A stretch of 64,000 nucleotides of DNA, from NCBI GenBank assembly GCA_019651095.1, contig BOXR01000005.1:4992-68991 (forward strand), in the 5' to 3' direction. The notes beneath the pieces were generated by a model, which was given only the letters and a program-made list of their open reading frames with translations, was not told the DNA's origin and ran no database searches. The stretch comes from Ectothiorhodospiraceae bacterium (lineage in GTDB: Bacteria; Pseudomonadota; Gammaproteobacteria; GCA-002705445; GCA-002716945). The position numbers and the translations under genes are program-made. This document shows positions 23,536 to 34,940 of this stretch, in pieces. Positions within the stretch are counted from its first letter, which is position 1; each line of letters starts with the position of its first letter.

Positions 23536-25308
23536 ATGAACTTTAGAAAAATTATTTTATTAAACGTCCTATTTACATTTTTCAGTCTCACACAGGCAAG
23601 TGAAACATTAAACCCAATTGTAGTAGGCAATTCAATCTCACCAATAGATATCCATACTTCGCCTGCATCTATGGAAGTGTTCACTAGCTCAGATATAGAA
23701 AGAGAGGCTTCGCTGACATGCAAGAATTATTGAGCTCTATAAGCTCTATAAATATAACTTCTAACGGAGGAATTGGACAATTAACATCTATTTTTACAAG
23801 AGGCACTGAGAGTAATCATACAAAGATTATACTTGATGGGGTTGAGCTAAATCCAGGTACACTTGCTCTAGCACCAATACAAAACATTTCAATTGACTCT
23901 ATTGACAGGATAGAAATTATAAAAGGATCATCATCAGCGCTTCATGGAGCTAGAACTATTGGTGGTATTATCAACATAAAGACTAAAGAGAATTCAAATT
24001 CAATAAAAATATCGACTGGATCATGGTCGACCAATACTACATCGTTGAGTCAAAATTATAATCTAAATGGATTCAAGATGAATATTAATGCTAACAGAAA
24101 AGAATCGAAATCTAAGACTGCGGGTCGTTATTCTAATAAAAGGCATGCATATAATACAGATAACATAAGTATCGGTTTGAGCAAGGAGATAAATGATTAT
24201 GTTTTTCTACAAAGCTATACAACTCGAATGGAAATACTCAATACGACAGCTTTGGTACTAATGAGAATCAGGACCGTGATGACTACTTTTACAACTTCGG
24301 GCTTAAGAAATTTATTAATGAAGACATTTTTGAAATAAAACTTGTAGGTTCTCAAAATAGGATTATCCAGAAAAAGGTGGGTTCAAACGACTTCACGGAT
24401 ACTCTCAGGGATATTTATGATTTTTCCTACACAAAAGTAGGGAGTAATGTTGTACAAAAAATTGGATTTATTTATACAAAAGAGCATATGAGTGAACTTG
24501 TATATGGTGGAACAGCCTATGAAAGTCGATTCACTGCACAACACAATAATAAAGAATATTTTTATCAGAATGAAATGTCATATCCATCATATCGATTGAA
24601 CTTCGGGGCAAGACATACAGATCACTCACAAGCTGGACATTTTACTTCTGGGAACTTTGGAGTATCTTTACTTTCAGATAATAATGTATATTCATTTAAT
24701 ATTACCAAATCCTATAGACCAGCAGATGCAACAGACCTTTATGCGACTGATGGATCTGGTGATGCAACACATAAACCTGAAGAGTCGTTCTCTTATGAAT
24801 TTGGAGTCAAAAGATATGTAAATGAGAATACATTTATCAGAGGAACGGCTTTTAAAACGAGATTGAAAAATCTAATTGAGGCGGACATTAATTCCCAGAT
24901 ATATCTATCTGATGCATTGATAACGGGTTTAGAAATGAGAGTACAATCAAACTACGTCCTTTCATATATGATATCGGTTACACATATATGAATCCAGAAG
25001 ATACAAAAAATAATCAACCCTTAACAAAACGAAGCAAGCATAAGCTGAATGCAGATGTAATTTATAATTTTAAACCAAATAGTTCTCTGAGATTTAATAT
25101 TTTAGCTGAAGGTACTAGAAAAGCGTCAGCATTTGCAGATATAAATTTAGGCTCATATTATATAGCCAATGTAAACTATAGGACACGACTTGATACAGGT
25201 ACAATCTCTTTAAGCATGAAGAATATTTTCGATAGACCTTACAGGACGTCTCATGGATACGATACTCTGGATAGGTCACTCTTTGTTACATATACGTTAG
25301 ATTATTGA
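23536..25308 (+). pseudogene. btuB: TonB-dependent outer-membrane receptor, putatively BtuB-like, in 4 pieces with at least 3 frameshifts.
   Basis: Signal peptide plus TonB box (23536..), plug domain 'ILDGVELNPG...IEIIKGSSSALHGARTIGGIINIKTK', beta-barrel fragments, C-terminal 'RSLFVTYTLDY'. Total span ~590 codons. Confidence 0.65.
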
Positions 25309-25323
25309 TAGAATGGCATCTAA

Positions 25324-25848
25324 ATGAATAGAACTATCTTTACTGAATTATCGATATTCTTACTTCTCATTGTAAGTAAATTATCAAGTACTTTCATAAA
25401 CATATCGCCTTTCTTAGCAGTGATTATAATCGGATCGTATTTTATTCACAGTAAGCATAGATTATTGTTAATGATCTTTGCCGCACAACTTTTCTCTGAT
25501 TTAGTCTATGGCTTACATGTATCTAATTTATCAATCTATCTGTCTTACTTCATTATAGTTTTAGTTATCTATAGAAACGAAGTAATATACTCGATAACCA
25601 AAAGTATGTTGTATGGGCTGCAAGCTAACATAATATTTTTTATTGTCACTAACTTCGGTCACTACTTAGCATATAATAGTGTCTATACCACTAGTCTTTT
25701 AGCTGAGACTTACAGTCGAGGATTATTGTTCGGTATTAATCTACTACTCTCAACGATTGTTTTTATCATAATCTTCCATGCCTTACTAGCTGTCAGCAGA
25801 AAACAGCTAGTAAAGTCAAGGAGTACGAGGGGAGAGCCTAGAACTTGA
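25324..25848 (+). CDS. Hypothetical membrane protein (5 TM) downstream of the btuB remnant.
   Basis: 174-aa hydrophobic ORF with no recognisable motif. Possibly cofactor-transport related, from context only. Confidence 0.3.
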   Translation: MNRTIFTELSIFLLLIVSKLSSTFINISPFLAVIIIGSYFIHSKHRLLLMIFAAQLFSDLVYGLHVSNLSIYLSYFIIVLVIYRNEVIYSITKSMLYGLQANIIFFIVTNFGHYLAYNSVYTTSLLAETYSRGLLFGINLLLSTIVFIIIFHALLAVSRKQLVKSRSTRGEPRT

Positions 25849-27044
25849 GTTGACCACCGGTTTTATATTCAGTAACACGTGTCTCAAAGAAATTTTTCTC
25901 TTTATTTAAGTCCATCATTTCAGACATCCATTCGAAAGGATTTGTTGCGCCTGGATATTGATGAGGCAGCCCAATACTCTCAAACCTTCTGTTTGCAATG
26001 AACTTGATATATTCCTCAAACTTTTGAGCGTCCATCCCTAACATAGGTTTTGGCATAGTATCTCGACCGTATTGAGTCTCCAGCTCAACTCCTTTGGTGA
26101 TCAGATTAATCATTTCTTGTTGAAACTCCTCAGTCCATAAGGTCGGATTTTCATTTTTGATCTGATTAATTACATCAATTCCAAAGTTCATATGCATAGA
26201 CTCGTCTCTTAAAATGTATTGAAACTGTTGCGACACACCTGTTAATTTATTTCTCCTTCCAAGTGACAAGATCTGTGTGAATCCCACATAGAAGAAGATG
26301 CCTTCGAAGACGACATAAAAAGCAATTAGGTCTCTTAAGAGCCTCTGATTGTCTTTATGTGTCCCTGTCTTAAATGTAGGGTCACCAAGACTCTGAGTAA
26401 ATGGAAGAGCCCACTCTGCTTTAGTTGCAACTGCTGGAAGCTCTCGATACATGTTAAATATCCTTGCTTCATCTAATCCTAGTGATTGAACACAGTATTG
26501 ATACGCGTGAGTATGTATTGCCTCTTCGAATGCTTGTCTCAATAAATATTGTCTACACTCAGGATTGGTTATATGTTTGTAAACTGCTAAGACTAGATTA
26601 TTTGCAACCAAAGAGTCAGCTGTTGAGAAGAATCCAAGGTTTCTCTCAACCATTTCTCTTTCCTCTGGTCTAAGTGCTTGAGGGTCGTTCCAGCATTTGA
26701 TGTCATCATGCATAGGTATCTCTTCAGGCATCCAGTGATTCGCTGAGCCGTCTAAATATTTTGCCATGCCCACTTATACTTAAAGGGTACGAGTTGATTT
26801 AAGTCAGCTCGACAATTAATAATCGCCTTATCATCAACTTGTATTCGCTTAGCGCCATGTTCGATGTTTTCCATTCCTGTGAACCAACGCCTGTTGATTT
26901 AGGCTCAGGCATATGGTCAACATTTGAATCAGCTATGTGGTCATTACTGATTGATTCTATATTTTGTGCTTCATGCACTTTTTTCTCTGGCACTATGTCT
27001 GGTTTACTTAGTGCGTCATTTATTGGGTCGTCCCAGTTATACAT
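25838..27044 (-). CDS. nrdB: Class Ia ribonucleotide reductase beta subunit NrdB, Pseudomonas-type. The catalytic core 25838..26773 is intact. The N-terminal extension carries 2 frameshifts.
   Basis: Core 'NHWMPEEI...[16 protein letters not shown]...[12 protein letters not shown]...[10 protein letters not shown]'. Upstream frames give '[25 protein letters not shown]', which matches the Pseudomonas-type N-extension. Frame switches near 26775 and ~26880. Confidence 0.8.
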
Positions 27045-27184
27045 AATTATCTCCTTTTAATTTTTCTCAGCTTCTCTTAAAGCTTGAATTCTTTCGTTTT
27101 CATATTGTTTAAGTTTCATAATCACCAATATAGTCGCAGCGACTGCAATTAAATAGATTACAAAATCTGGTATATATATATTCA

Positions 27185-30040
27185 TTATTGACATGCCTCA
27201 CAATCTGGATCATCTATTAGACACTGTTTAACTTCATCATCATTTGACTTAACAGCATTTAAGTTTGAGCCGCTAGTATCTGACGTGCTTTTCTCTACAT
27301 GAGTCGCACCCAACGAGCGTAGGTAATATGTAGTTTTAAGCCCTCTTATCCAAGCAAGCTTATATGCGCTATCAAGTTTTTTACCATCAGAATCAGGTAT
27401 ATATAAATTTAGTGATTGTGATTGATCGATCCACTTTTGTCTTCGAGCGGCTGCTTCAACCAACCATCTAGCATCTATCTCAAAGCATGTTGAATAGATA
27501 GCTTTTAAATCGTCTGGAACTCGATTGATAGGCTGTAGTTGTCCATCAAAATATTTCAGATCTTTTATCATAACTTCATCCCACAAATCGCGTGATTTCA
27601 AATCATTAATTAAGTAAGGATTGATCACAGTAAATTCACCCGATAGATTAGATTTAACATATAAGTTTTGATAAGTTGGCTCTATCGATTGTGAGACACC
27701 ACAAATATTTGAAATAGTTGCAGTAGGAGCTATAGCAAGTGTATTAGAATTTCTCATGCCATTGGCTTTTATTTTGTCTCTTAGTTCATCCCATTTAAGA
27801 CTTTCATCTAGATTAACATCTAAATATTTACCACGAATCTTCTTAAGTTTCTTAAGACTATCTATCGGCAGTATTCCCTGGCTCCATAATGAACCATCAA
27901 ATGATTCATATGCACCTCGCTCTTTTGCAAGTTCCATTGATGCTTCGATTGCAAAGTAACTAACGTACTCCATACTCTTATCAGCAAAATCAACTGCCTC
28001 TTCGGATTCATATGGAACACGAATTTTATAAAGAGCATCCTGGAATCCCATAATGCCCATGCCAACTGGTCGATGCTTTAGGTTTGAATTTTTTGCTTTA
28101 TCAACACTGTAATAATTATATTCAATAACATTATCAAGCATTCTCATTGCAGTAGAGATTGTTGTCTTTAATTTTTTAGTATTTATTTTTCCATCGTCAG
28201 TGATGTGAGCGGCTAAATTAACAGAGCCTAAATTGCATACTGCTATTTCGTCTTTAGATGTATTGAGTGTTATCTCAGTACACAGATTAGAGGAATGAAC
28301 TACGCCTTTGTGCTGTTGTGGCGATCTAATATTGCATGGGTCTTTGAATGTAATCCATGGGTGCCCTGTCTCAAAGAGCATGCTCAAGATTTTTCTCCAT
28401 ATATCTACTGCATTAACAGTTTTAAAGTTTTTTATGCCACCAGTTTTAGCTAAATCTTCATATTCGGTATATTTTTCCTCAAATTCTAGTCCGTACAAAT
28501 CATGTAAATCAGGTGTATCTGAAGGTGAGAACAGTGTCCATTCTTCATTAGCGTGAACACGTTTCATAAATAGATCTGGAATCCAATTAGCAGTGTTCAT
28601 GTCATGAGTTCTTCTTCTCTCATCACCTGTATTTTTTCTAAGCTCTAGAAACTGTTCTATGTCTAAGTGCCAAGTTTCTAAATAAGCGCACATCGCACCT
28701 TTTCTTTTACCGCCTTGATTGACAGCTACAGCAGTGTCATTAGCAACTTTAAGAAATGGAATGACTCCCTGACTTTTTCCGTTAGTGCCTTCGATGTAAG
28801 AACCAAGAGCCCTCACCTGTGACCAGTCGTTTCCTAAACCGCCTGCAAACTTTGAAAGCATAGCATCGTCGCTTATTCCTTCAAATATTCCTCGTAGATC
28901 ATCGGGGATAGTAGAAAGATAGCATGATGACAATTGAGGTTTCAGTGTAGCTGAGTTAAACAACGTAGGAGTACTAGACATAAAATCAAACGAGGACAAT
29001 AATTTATAAAATTCGATTGTTCTTGCTTCACGGTTATCTTCATTGATTGCTAGACCCATTGCTACTCTCATAAAGAAAGCCTGAGACAATTCAAATCTTG
29101 TTTCGTTATGATGAATGAAGTATCTGTCATAAAGTGTTTGAAGCCCAAGATAGGTAAACTGCATATCTCTTGTTAGGTCAATATTCTTTGCCAGTAGCTC
29201 GATATCATAATTGAGTAATTCAGGATCGAGATGCTTGAGTTCAACGCCTTTTTTAATATAACTAGTAAAATATTCAGAGTATGATTTATTCATTGCATTC
29301 ATACTTAGATCATTTATGTCAAGCCCAAGAAATCCATAAGCCTCTTCCGCCATAGAATTGGATAATAATCTTGCGAGGACATAAGAATAGTTAGGATCTT
29401 TTTCAATGAGTGGTCGTACAGAAATTAAAATAGAGTCAGAGAGATCAGATTTTTTTATCCCATCATAAATATTTTTATCAATTGTCTCAAAAATTAATTC
29501 TTCCGAGACATCTTTAATATCTAAACAGCTCTCAGAAATGAGATTTCTTAGTTTGGTAAAATCGATTGGTGTTGATGAGCCATCATCGAGTATCATATTT
29601 TTCGATATCGGCATGTCATCTGTTTGTTCAACGCCAAGCTTTCTTGCTTTTGCTCTGTCTTCTCTATATATAACGTATGCCCTTGCAACATCTTGGTAGC
29701 CAGCGCGCATAATTCCCTAACTCAACTTGATCTTGTATATCTTCGATATGGACAACACCTCCGTTTGGAAATCTTCTTCTTATGGTTTGATCAACTTTAT
29801 CAGTAAGATTTTCAACTTCATTGTGAATTCTGGATGATGCAGCAGCACTGCTGCCTTCGACACTAAGAAAGCCTTGGTCATAGCTACAACAATCTTATGC
29901 GGATCGTAAGCTGTAACCTTTCCGTTTCTTCTCATCACTCTATATCTGCCTGGCACTGGCTCAACATGCAACGGTTCTCAGCTACTGTGGCGTTTAAAGG
30001 CGTTTCTATATTAAGTTCTTCTACTTTTTTTGACATAATT
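27185..30040 (-). CDS. nrdA: Class Ia ribonucleotide reductase alpha subunit NrdA. The 841-aa body is intact (27185..29710). The first N-terminal ATP-cone (~110 codons, 29710..30040) is split over 3 frames.
   Basis: Body with RNR large-subunit motifs. Upstream, 'MSKKVEELNIETPL..', 'VMRRNGKVTAYDPHKIVVAMTKA' and 'VVHIEDIQDQVELGNYA' are ATP-cone sequence in three different frames, ending just before 'MRAGYQDVARAYVIYRED'. Confidence 0.8.
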
Positions 30041-30105
30041 TTTCTCTGGTGTGAGAGCTATGACATAATTATATCACCAAATGTGGTGGTTTGATAACAA
30101 TAAAA

Positions 30106-30121
30106 ACACTATATGTTGTGT
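30106..30121. promoter_or_regulatory. NrdR-box (ACACTATATGTTGTGT) upstream of nrdAB.
   Basis: 15/16 match to the NrdR box consensus acaCwAtATaTwGtgt, ~65 bp upstream of the nrdA ATP-cone start. A weaker second half-site lies at ~30167-30182. Confidence 0.5.
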
Positions 30122-30202
30122 TTAAGTCTGTGATTTGATTGTGGATAACTTGTGAATTTGTTGAATTCACTTGTATATAAGATTATTGAAATATACTAAT
30201 GC

Positions 30203-31569
30203 TTACATTAGAAAAGTTGCAATTCCCAGTAAAGATACGAACCCGACAACATCTGTAATAGTTGTCAAGATCACACCTCCGGCGAGGGCAGGATCGATAT
30301 CTAGTTTCTCTAAAATAAGTGGAAGACTGACCCCGCTGATAGCGCCAATGATAAGATTGATCATAATAGCAGCTGCAATTACACCTCCGAGAAAGACACT
30401 GTCAAACCAAAAATAGACAATGGCTGCAATAACGCCAGACCAAATTATTCCATTCAGTAATCCGATTGCAGATTCTTTAAGGATTAAAAGTTTTGAGTTA
30501 GATGAACCTATTTGATCAAGTGCTTGTGCCCTGATAACGAGTGCAAGACTTTGACTTCCAGCTATACCTCCCATACTAGCAACAATTGGCATCAATATCG
30601 CTAGTGCTACAACTTTCTCAATCGTTGCTTCAAAATTCCAATAGCAGCAGCTGCAAGCAGTGCTGTTAAAAAATTAGCACCGAGCCAAAGTGTACGTCTT
30701 TTAGTACTTTGTATGACTGGTGCAAATATATCATCGTCTTTTTTTAGACCCGCCATATTCAATACACTTTCATCAACCTCTTCTCTGATGACATCAACAA
30801 CATCATCGACTGTGATCCTACCAAGTAAGAACCCTTGACTATCTACTACGGCTGCTGAGACAAGATCGGCATTTTCAAATCTTCTCGATACTTCATGTTC
30901 TCCAAGATCTGGATCTATTGGATCATCATCCTTTTGCATGATTTGAAAAAAGTATTTTGATGGATCTGCCACGAGAACATCTTTTAGAGACACAAAACCA
31001 TGATACATATTAATTCTGTCAGTCACAAAAATTTTATCAGTTTGATCTGGCAAGCTTTTCATACGTCTTAGATAGTGAAGAAGGACATCAACTGTAACAT
31101 TGCTTCTAATTGTAATTGTATCAGTATTCATTAGCCCGCCTGCTGTGCCATCTTCAAAGGACAATACCTTTTCAAGCCTTTCTTGATTTTGCTTAGTTAA
31201 ACTTTTTAATGCTTTTCTTGTTAAGTGATCAGGAAGTGATTGAATGATATCTGCCAAATCATCGGTATCTAATTTCTCAGCTATTTTGACAAGCCCTTCT
31301 GTTCCATCTCTATCGATAAGTTCATCGATAAGATACTCTCTTACTTCATCATTGAGCTCAGCAAGAGTCTCACCTTTATTTTCATCACTTACTAATGTCC
31401 AGAGAAGATCTCTTCTGTTTCTTGGCGTACTTTCAATTACATCTGCAATCTCAGATGGATAGAGAGAATTTAATAAATTTTTAGCTTGGATGACAGCACC
31501 GCTATCAAGAACTTCTGAGAGTTGATCGAGAGTGACAGTATTGTCTTTGTGAATGCTTTCTGCAGGCAT
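30203..31569 (-). pseudogene. mgtE: Magnesium transporter MgtE split by one frameshift between the cytosolic N/CBS domains (320 aa) and the TM domain (130 aa).
   Basis: N-terminal ORF carries MgtE_N and CBS sequence. The downstream ORF 'MPIVASMGGIAGSQS...' is the MgtE TM domain in another frame. Junction at ~30600. Confidence 0.65.
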
Positions 31570-31622
31570 TTTAACTGACCTCTCTTGTTTAGTTGATTTA
31601 TTACATATTCCTGCCTATAAGA

Positions 31623-31658
31623 TACCACAAAAGGGACTAGGTTGTTAACCTGTCCCTC
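31623..31658 (-). terminator. Rho-independent terminator after the porin gene (minus strand).
   Basis: Hairpin GGGAC-T-AGGTT-GTT-AACCT-G-TCCC on the minus strand, followed by TTTTGTGG. Confidence 0.55.
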
Positions 31659-31687
31659 GGGGTTATATATATATGAGAATCAATTCT

Positions 31688-31754
31688 GGTAGTAGCTAGC
31701 TGAGAAAATTAATTGCTTGTTAACGTCAAATTAATAAGGGAGCTAGCTACCACC
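31688..31754. repeat. Long inverted repeat: 14-nt arms GGTAGTAGCTAGCT / AGCTAGCTACCACC separated by ~39 nt.
   Basis: Seen directly in sequence. One mismatch between arms. Lies between the porin stop (31768) and its terminator. Confidence 0.5.
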
Positions 31755-31767
31755 CATCCATTAAGGA

Positions 31768-32862
31768 TTAGAAGTCATGTCTTAGACCAAGTATATATGT
31801 ACGGTAATCTGTATCACCTGCTGCAGATTCTCCATCGTAATCAGAAAGACCCGCATAAAGTCTACTAGTTTTAGACAGTTTGTACTGCATACCTAAACTG
31901 TATGCATCACCGCCTGCATTAGCAATTGTGTCATGATCAGATTCAGACATTGTATACATTAAGGTCATTGGTCCAGTCTTATAGGTTATTCCATACCAAT
32001 CGACTTCACCATTACCGGTTGTCTTGAACATACTTGTATCAAGTTCAACATCTTCATGCATGTACCATACTTTTACCTTGTTATCACCAAGTTTGGTATT
32101 GTAAGTAAGTGTATATTTTCTATTCATTTCATCAGCTGATTCATCATGATTATAGGCATGCACAACATCAAAACCTTTAATTAAAAAGTTTTTGTATTCG
32201 ACACCATATCCGATGTCACCTTTAGAATTAACTTTTGCATCGCCATCATGAGCCGTCATGCCTTTAATGACAGCAAATCTTAAGTTGCCTGATTTAAGTT
32301 CGTAGAAAGCAGAACCTCTCCAGTAACTAGAGTGAGACATAGTACCTGCTGAGATACCGTTTGTATCCCTCATTTGTGCAAGTGAATCATGCAAAATGTC
32401 ATGTTTAGCCAAATATTTATATGGTGACTCCATTGATCCAAACTTAAATTGACCATAAGGGGTTAACATTCCCAGCCAACCTTGTTTCAGACTAAATGGA
32501 TTTGATTTTTCAGAATTACTAACTTTAAGACCAGCAGCATCGCCATCACCAATATCTATAGCCCATTCAACTTTATAGTTGACGGCATAGCCATTTCCAA
32601 TAGCGCTTTTGCCTTTAAAACCGATACGCCCCATACCTTCATCATCAAAGATTGCAGTTTGAGCATTACTTCCATCAGTCTTCTCATTACTGTACTGAGC
32701 CCAGAGTCGTCCATAAAGTTTCGCACTGGAGCCTTTTTTAAGAGCTGGAGATGCGACTGCCTCGTTTGGTTTGATGACAGAATTTGTCATAGCACCACCC
32801 GTGAAACCGACTAAAGGAACTGCAAGTAAAGCAAATACAAGATATTTTTGTAATTGTTTCAT
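31768..32862 (-). CDS. Outer-membrane porin, intact. Possibly a phosphate-starvation porin given the Pho context.
   Basis: 364 aa with signal peptide, alternating amphipathic beta-strand pattern and C-terminal 'GLRHDF'. Pho-box-like 11-bp repeats upstream. Confidence 0.7.
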   Translation of the reverse strand: MKQLQKYLVFALLAVPLVGFTGGAMTNSVIKPNEAVASPALKKGSSAKLYGRLWAQYSNEKTDGSNAQTAIFDDEGMGRIGFKGKSAIGNGYAVNYKVEWAIDIGDGDAAGLKVSNSEKSNPFSLKQGWLGMLTPYGQFKFGSMESPYKYLAKHDILHDSLAQMRDTNGISAGTMSHSSYWRGSAFYELKSGNLRFAVIKGMTAHDGDAKVNSKGDIGYGVEYKNFLIKGFDVVHAYNHDESADEMNRKYTLTYNTKLGDNKVKVWYMHEDVELDTSMFKTTGNGEVDWYGITYKTGPMTLMYTMSESDHDTIANAGGDAYSLGMQYKLSKTSRLYAGLSDYDGESAAGDTDYRTYILGLRHDF

Positions 32863-32950
32863 ATTTCCTCTTTTAAATAACGTTCAACAGTTCCATTTAA
32901 GGAACAAATTGATATTACAAAATCAAAGTACAAGTTTTTGATAAAGAAAT

Positions 32951-32983
32951 ATGAAACATTTATTTATGAATTATTACAGTTAT
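32951..32983 (-). promoter_or_regulatory. Pho-box-like direct repeats upstream of the porin.
   Basis: Minus-strand reading 'CTGTAATAATT CATAAATAAAT GTTTCATATTT' has 11-bp periodicity, ~90-120 bp upstream of the porin start. Confidence 0.3.
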
Positions 32984-33009
32984 ATGAAGAGTCTCATTTA
33001 AGATTTAGT

Positions 33010-33420
33010 TTACAAATTATTTAATTTATCACCGATATCATAATAGATTCTTAATAATTCTTTTTTTCTCTCTTGAAAGTCATGTACTTTAGCTGGATCA
33101 GGATATGACCAATGAAGTATCTTCGAGCAATTCATAAATACTGGGCAACTTTCTTTTGCGTTATCACAGACTGTGATACCAATATCAAAACTATATTCCT
33201 TATTGTTTATGAAATGACTTAAATTTTTTGATTCAAGTTTATCTAGAGGATAATTAATGTCTCTTGCAATATCCAAAGCAGCATCATTGATTTCCCCTAT
33301 AGGATGAGATCCAGCTGAGAATCCAATGAATTTATTTTCGGTCAGCGTATTAGCTGCGATTTCACCCATTATTGATCTTGCAGAATTACCTGTACAAATG
33401 AATATTAATTTAGTACTCAT
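33010..33420 (-). CDS. arsC: LMW-PTP-fold arsenate reductase (thioredoxin-coupled ArsC family) / low-molecular-weight phosphatase.
   Basis: P-loop 'CTGNSARS' at the N-terminus plus a 'VCDNAKESCP' Cys pair, typical of ArsC-type LMW-PTP proteins. 136 aa. Confidence 0.6.
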   Translation of the reverse strand: MSTKLIFICTGNSARSIMGEIAANTLTENKFIGFSAGSHPIGEINDAALDIARDINYPLDKLESKNLSHFINNKEYSFDIGITVCDNAKESCPVFMNCSKILHWSYPDPAKVHDFQERKKELLRIYYDIGDKLNNL

Positions 33421-33507
33421 TACAAAATAAGATCATGTTCAACGTGAAGATTTCGTTATCTTTTGTCTGATGTTACTCAAATTTATATATTGCTGACTTA
33501 TATATTT

Positions 33508-34194
33508 CTATGACTGTGAATCTAGACTATAACCTGATGACCTTATAGTTCTAATCACTTTACATTCTTCCGTGCTACTTAAAGCTTTTCTTAGCCTTCT
33601 AATATGCACATCAATCGTTCTATCTGTCACATAAACATTAGTGCCCCAAACAGAGTCTAAGATTTGTTGTCTTGAATATACTCTGCCAGGATTTCTCATT
33701 AAAAATTCTAGAATTCTATACTCTCTGGGCCCAAGTTTTGCTTCTTGGTCACAACAATAAACTCGATGTGTCCCTGTATCCATTTTTATATTCCCAAAAG
33801 TTAATACACTATTGTTTGAGTCAGTATTTGCCCTTCTCAAAAGAGCCTTAATTCGTGCAATAAGTTCTGCTGGACTAAAAGGTTTTGTTATATAATCATC
33901 ACATCCCATATCAAAACCAGACAAAAGGTCCTCTTCCTCACCTTTCGCAGTTAACATTATTATGGGAATATTTTTTAAATCTTTTTTGCTCCTTACGAAT
34001 TTACAAATCTCTGTTCCCGCTATATCAGGCAACATCCAGTCTAAAAGTATTAAGTCCGGATTAACTTTTTGTAGTTGCATCATTCCTTCATATCCATTGA
34101 TAGAATGTTCAAATTTAAAGCCAGCAGAGGTAATATTATATTCTAAGAGTGATACGAGAGCCTCTTCATCTTCAATAGAAAATATTGTTGTCAT
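33508..34194 (-). CDS. phoB: Phosphate regulon response regulator PhoB.
   Basis: REC domain ('LLDWMLPD', 'MLTAKGEE') plus OmpR/PhoB winged helix. Immediately downstream of phoU and pstB. Confidence 0.85.
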   Translation of the reverse strand: MTTIFSIEDEEALVSLLEYNITSAGFKFEHSINGYEGMMQLQKVNPDLILLDWMLPDIAGTEICKFVRSKKDLKNIPIIMLTAKGEEEDLLSGFDMGCDDYITKPFSPAELIARIKALLRRANTDSNNSVLTFGNIKMDTGTHRVYCCDQEAKLGPREYRILEFLMRNPGRVYSRQQILDSVWGTNVYVTDRTIDVHIRRLRKALSSTEECKVIRTIRSSGYSLDSQS

Positions 34195-34910
34195 TCGCTC
34201 TGATCCTTAACCGTATCACTGTTCATTTTACCTGACTTAAGATCAAGATTTTCACCTGTTACAATGAAGTGAATTTCTTCAGCAACATTTTCTATGTGAT
34301 CACCTGCTCTTTCAAGCGTCTTGATTGCAAAAAGTAATTTTGTATACGTTAGTAGTCTTAGTTTGGAAACTTTTCCCTTAATCATATCTACAATTTTTTC
34401 ATAAATCACATCATATGTTTTATCTATCTCTATATCGCTTTTAATGACTTCTTTAGCCTTTTCTACATTTCTTGAAACATATGCATCGATGACTTTTTTA
34501 AGCTGAACTTGAACAAGATTAAGCAATCTGAGTATATCGTTCTTTATAGCTGTATCCGGAATTTCTTCAAGTGTAGAGACCCTCATCGCAATATTTTTTG
34601 CATAATCACCTAACCTTTCTAAATCAGTTGATATCTTAAGTGAAGTCAAGACGTCTCTTAGGTCAACTGCAACAGGCGATCTCAGGGTTATGAGTGTGAT
34701 AACTGCATCCCTAATTTCAGCATCATAATTATCGAGCTTAGGCTCATTTTCTAAAATATCTTCTGTAGTTGCTGGAGAGCCAGTATCAATTACATGATAA
34801 AGTAGCTTATACTGCTCCTCTACAAGAGTTGCCATTTGTGTAACTAAATGTACTACGTTTGATATTTCATCATCAAATGATTTTACTATATGTTCTCTAT
34901 AATCTGTCAT
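34191..34910 (-). CDS. phoU: Phosphate signalling complex protein PhoU.
   Basis: Two PhoU repeats. 239 aa. Follows pstB. Confidence 0.85.
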   Translation of the reverse strand: MTDYREHIVKSFDDEISNVVHLVTQMATLVEEQYKLLYHVIDTGSPATTEDILENEPKLDNYDAEIRDAVITLITLRSPVAVDLRDVLTSLKISTDLERLGDYAKNIAMRVSTLEEIPDTAIKNDILRLLNLVQVQLKKVIDAYVSRNVEKAKEVIKSDIEIDKTYDVIYEKIVDMIKGKVSKLRLLTYTKLLFAIKTLERAGDHIENVAEEIHFIVTGENLDLKSGKMNSDTVKDQSE

Positions 34911-34940
34911 GATTAAAATTATAACTTATTTTAATAAAAA

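Noticed and set aside
30140-30185. Second NrdR box
   Set aside because: Only a weak partial match (CACTTGTATATAAG), and the spacing from the strong box is atypical. Reported only as a note under the first box.
31570-31770. M-box (Mg2+) riboswitch upstream of mgtE
   Set aside because: No resemblance to M-box conserved segments. The structure present is better explained as the upstream gene's terminator plus an inverted repeat.
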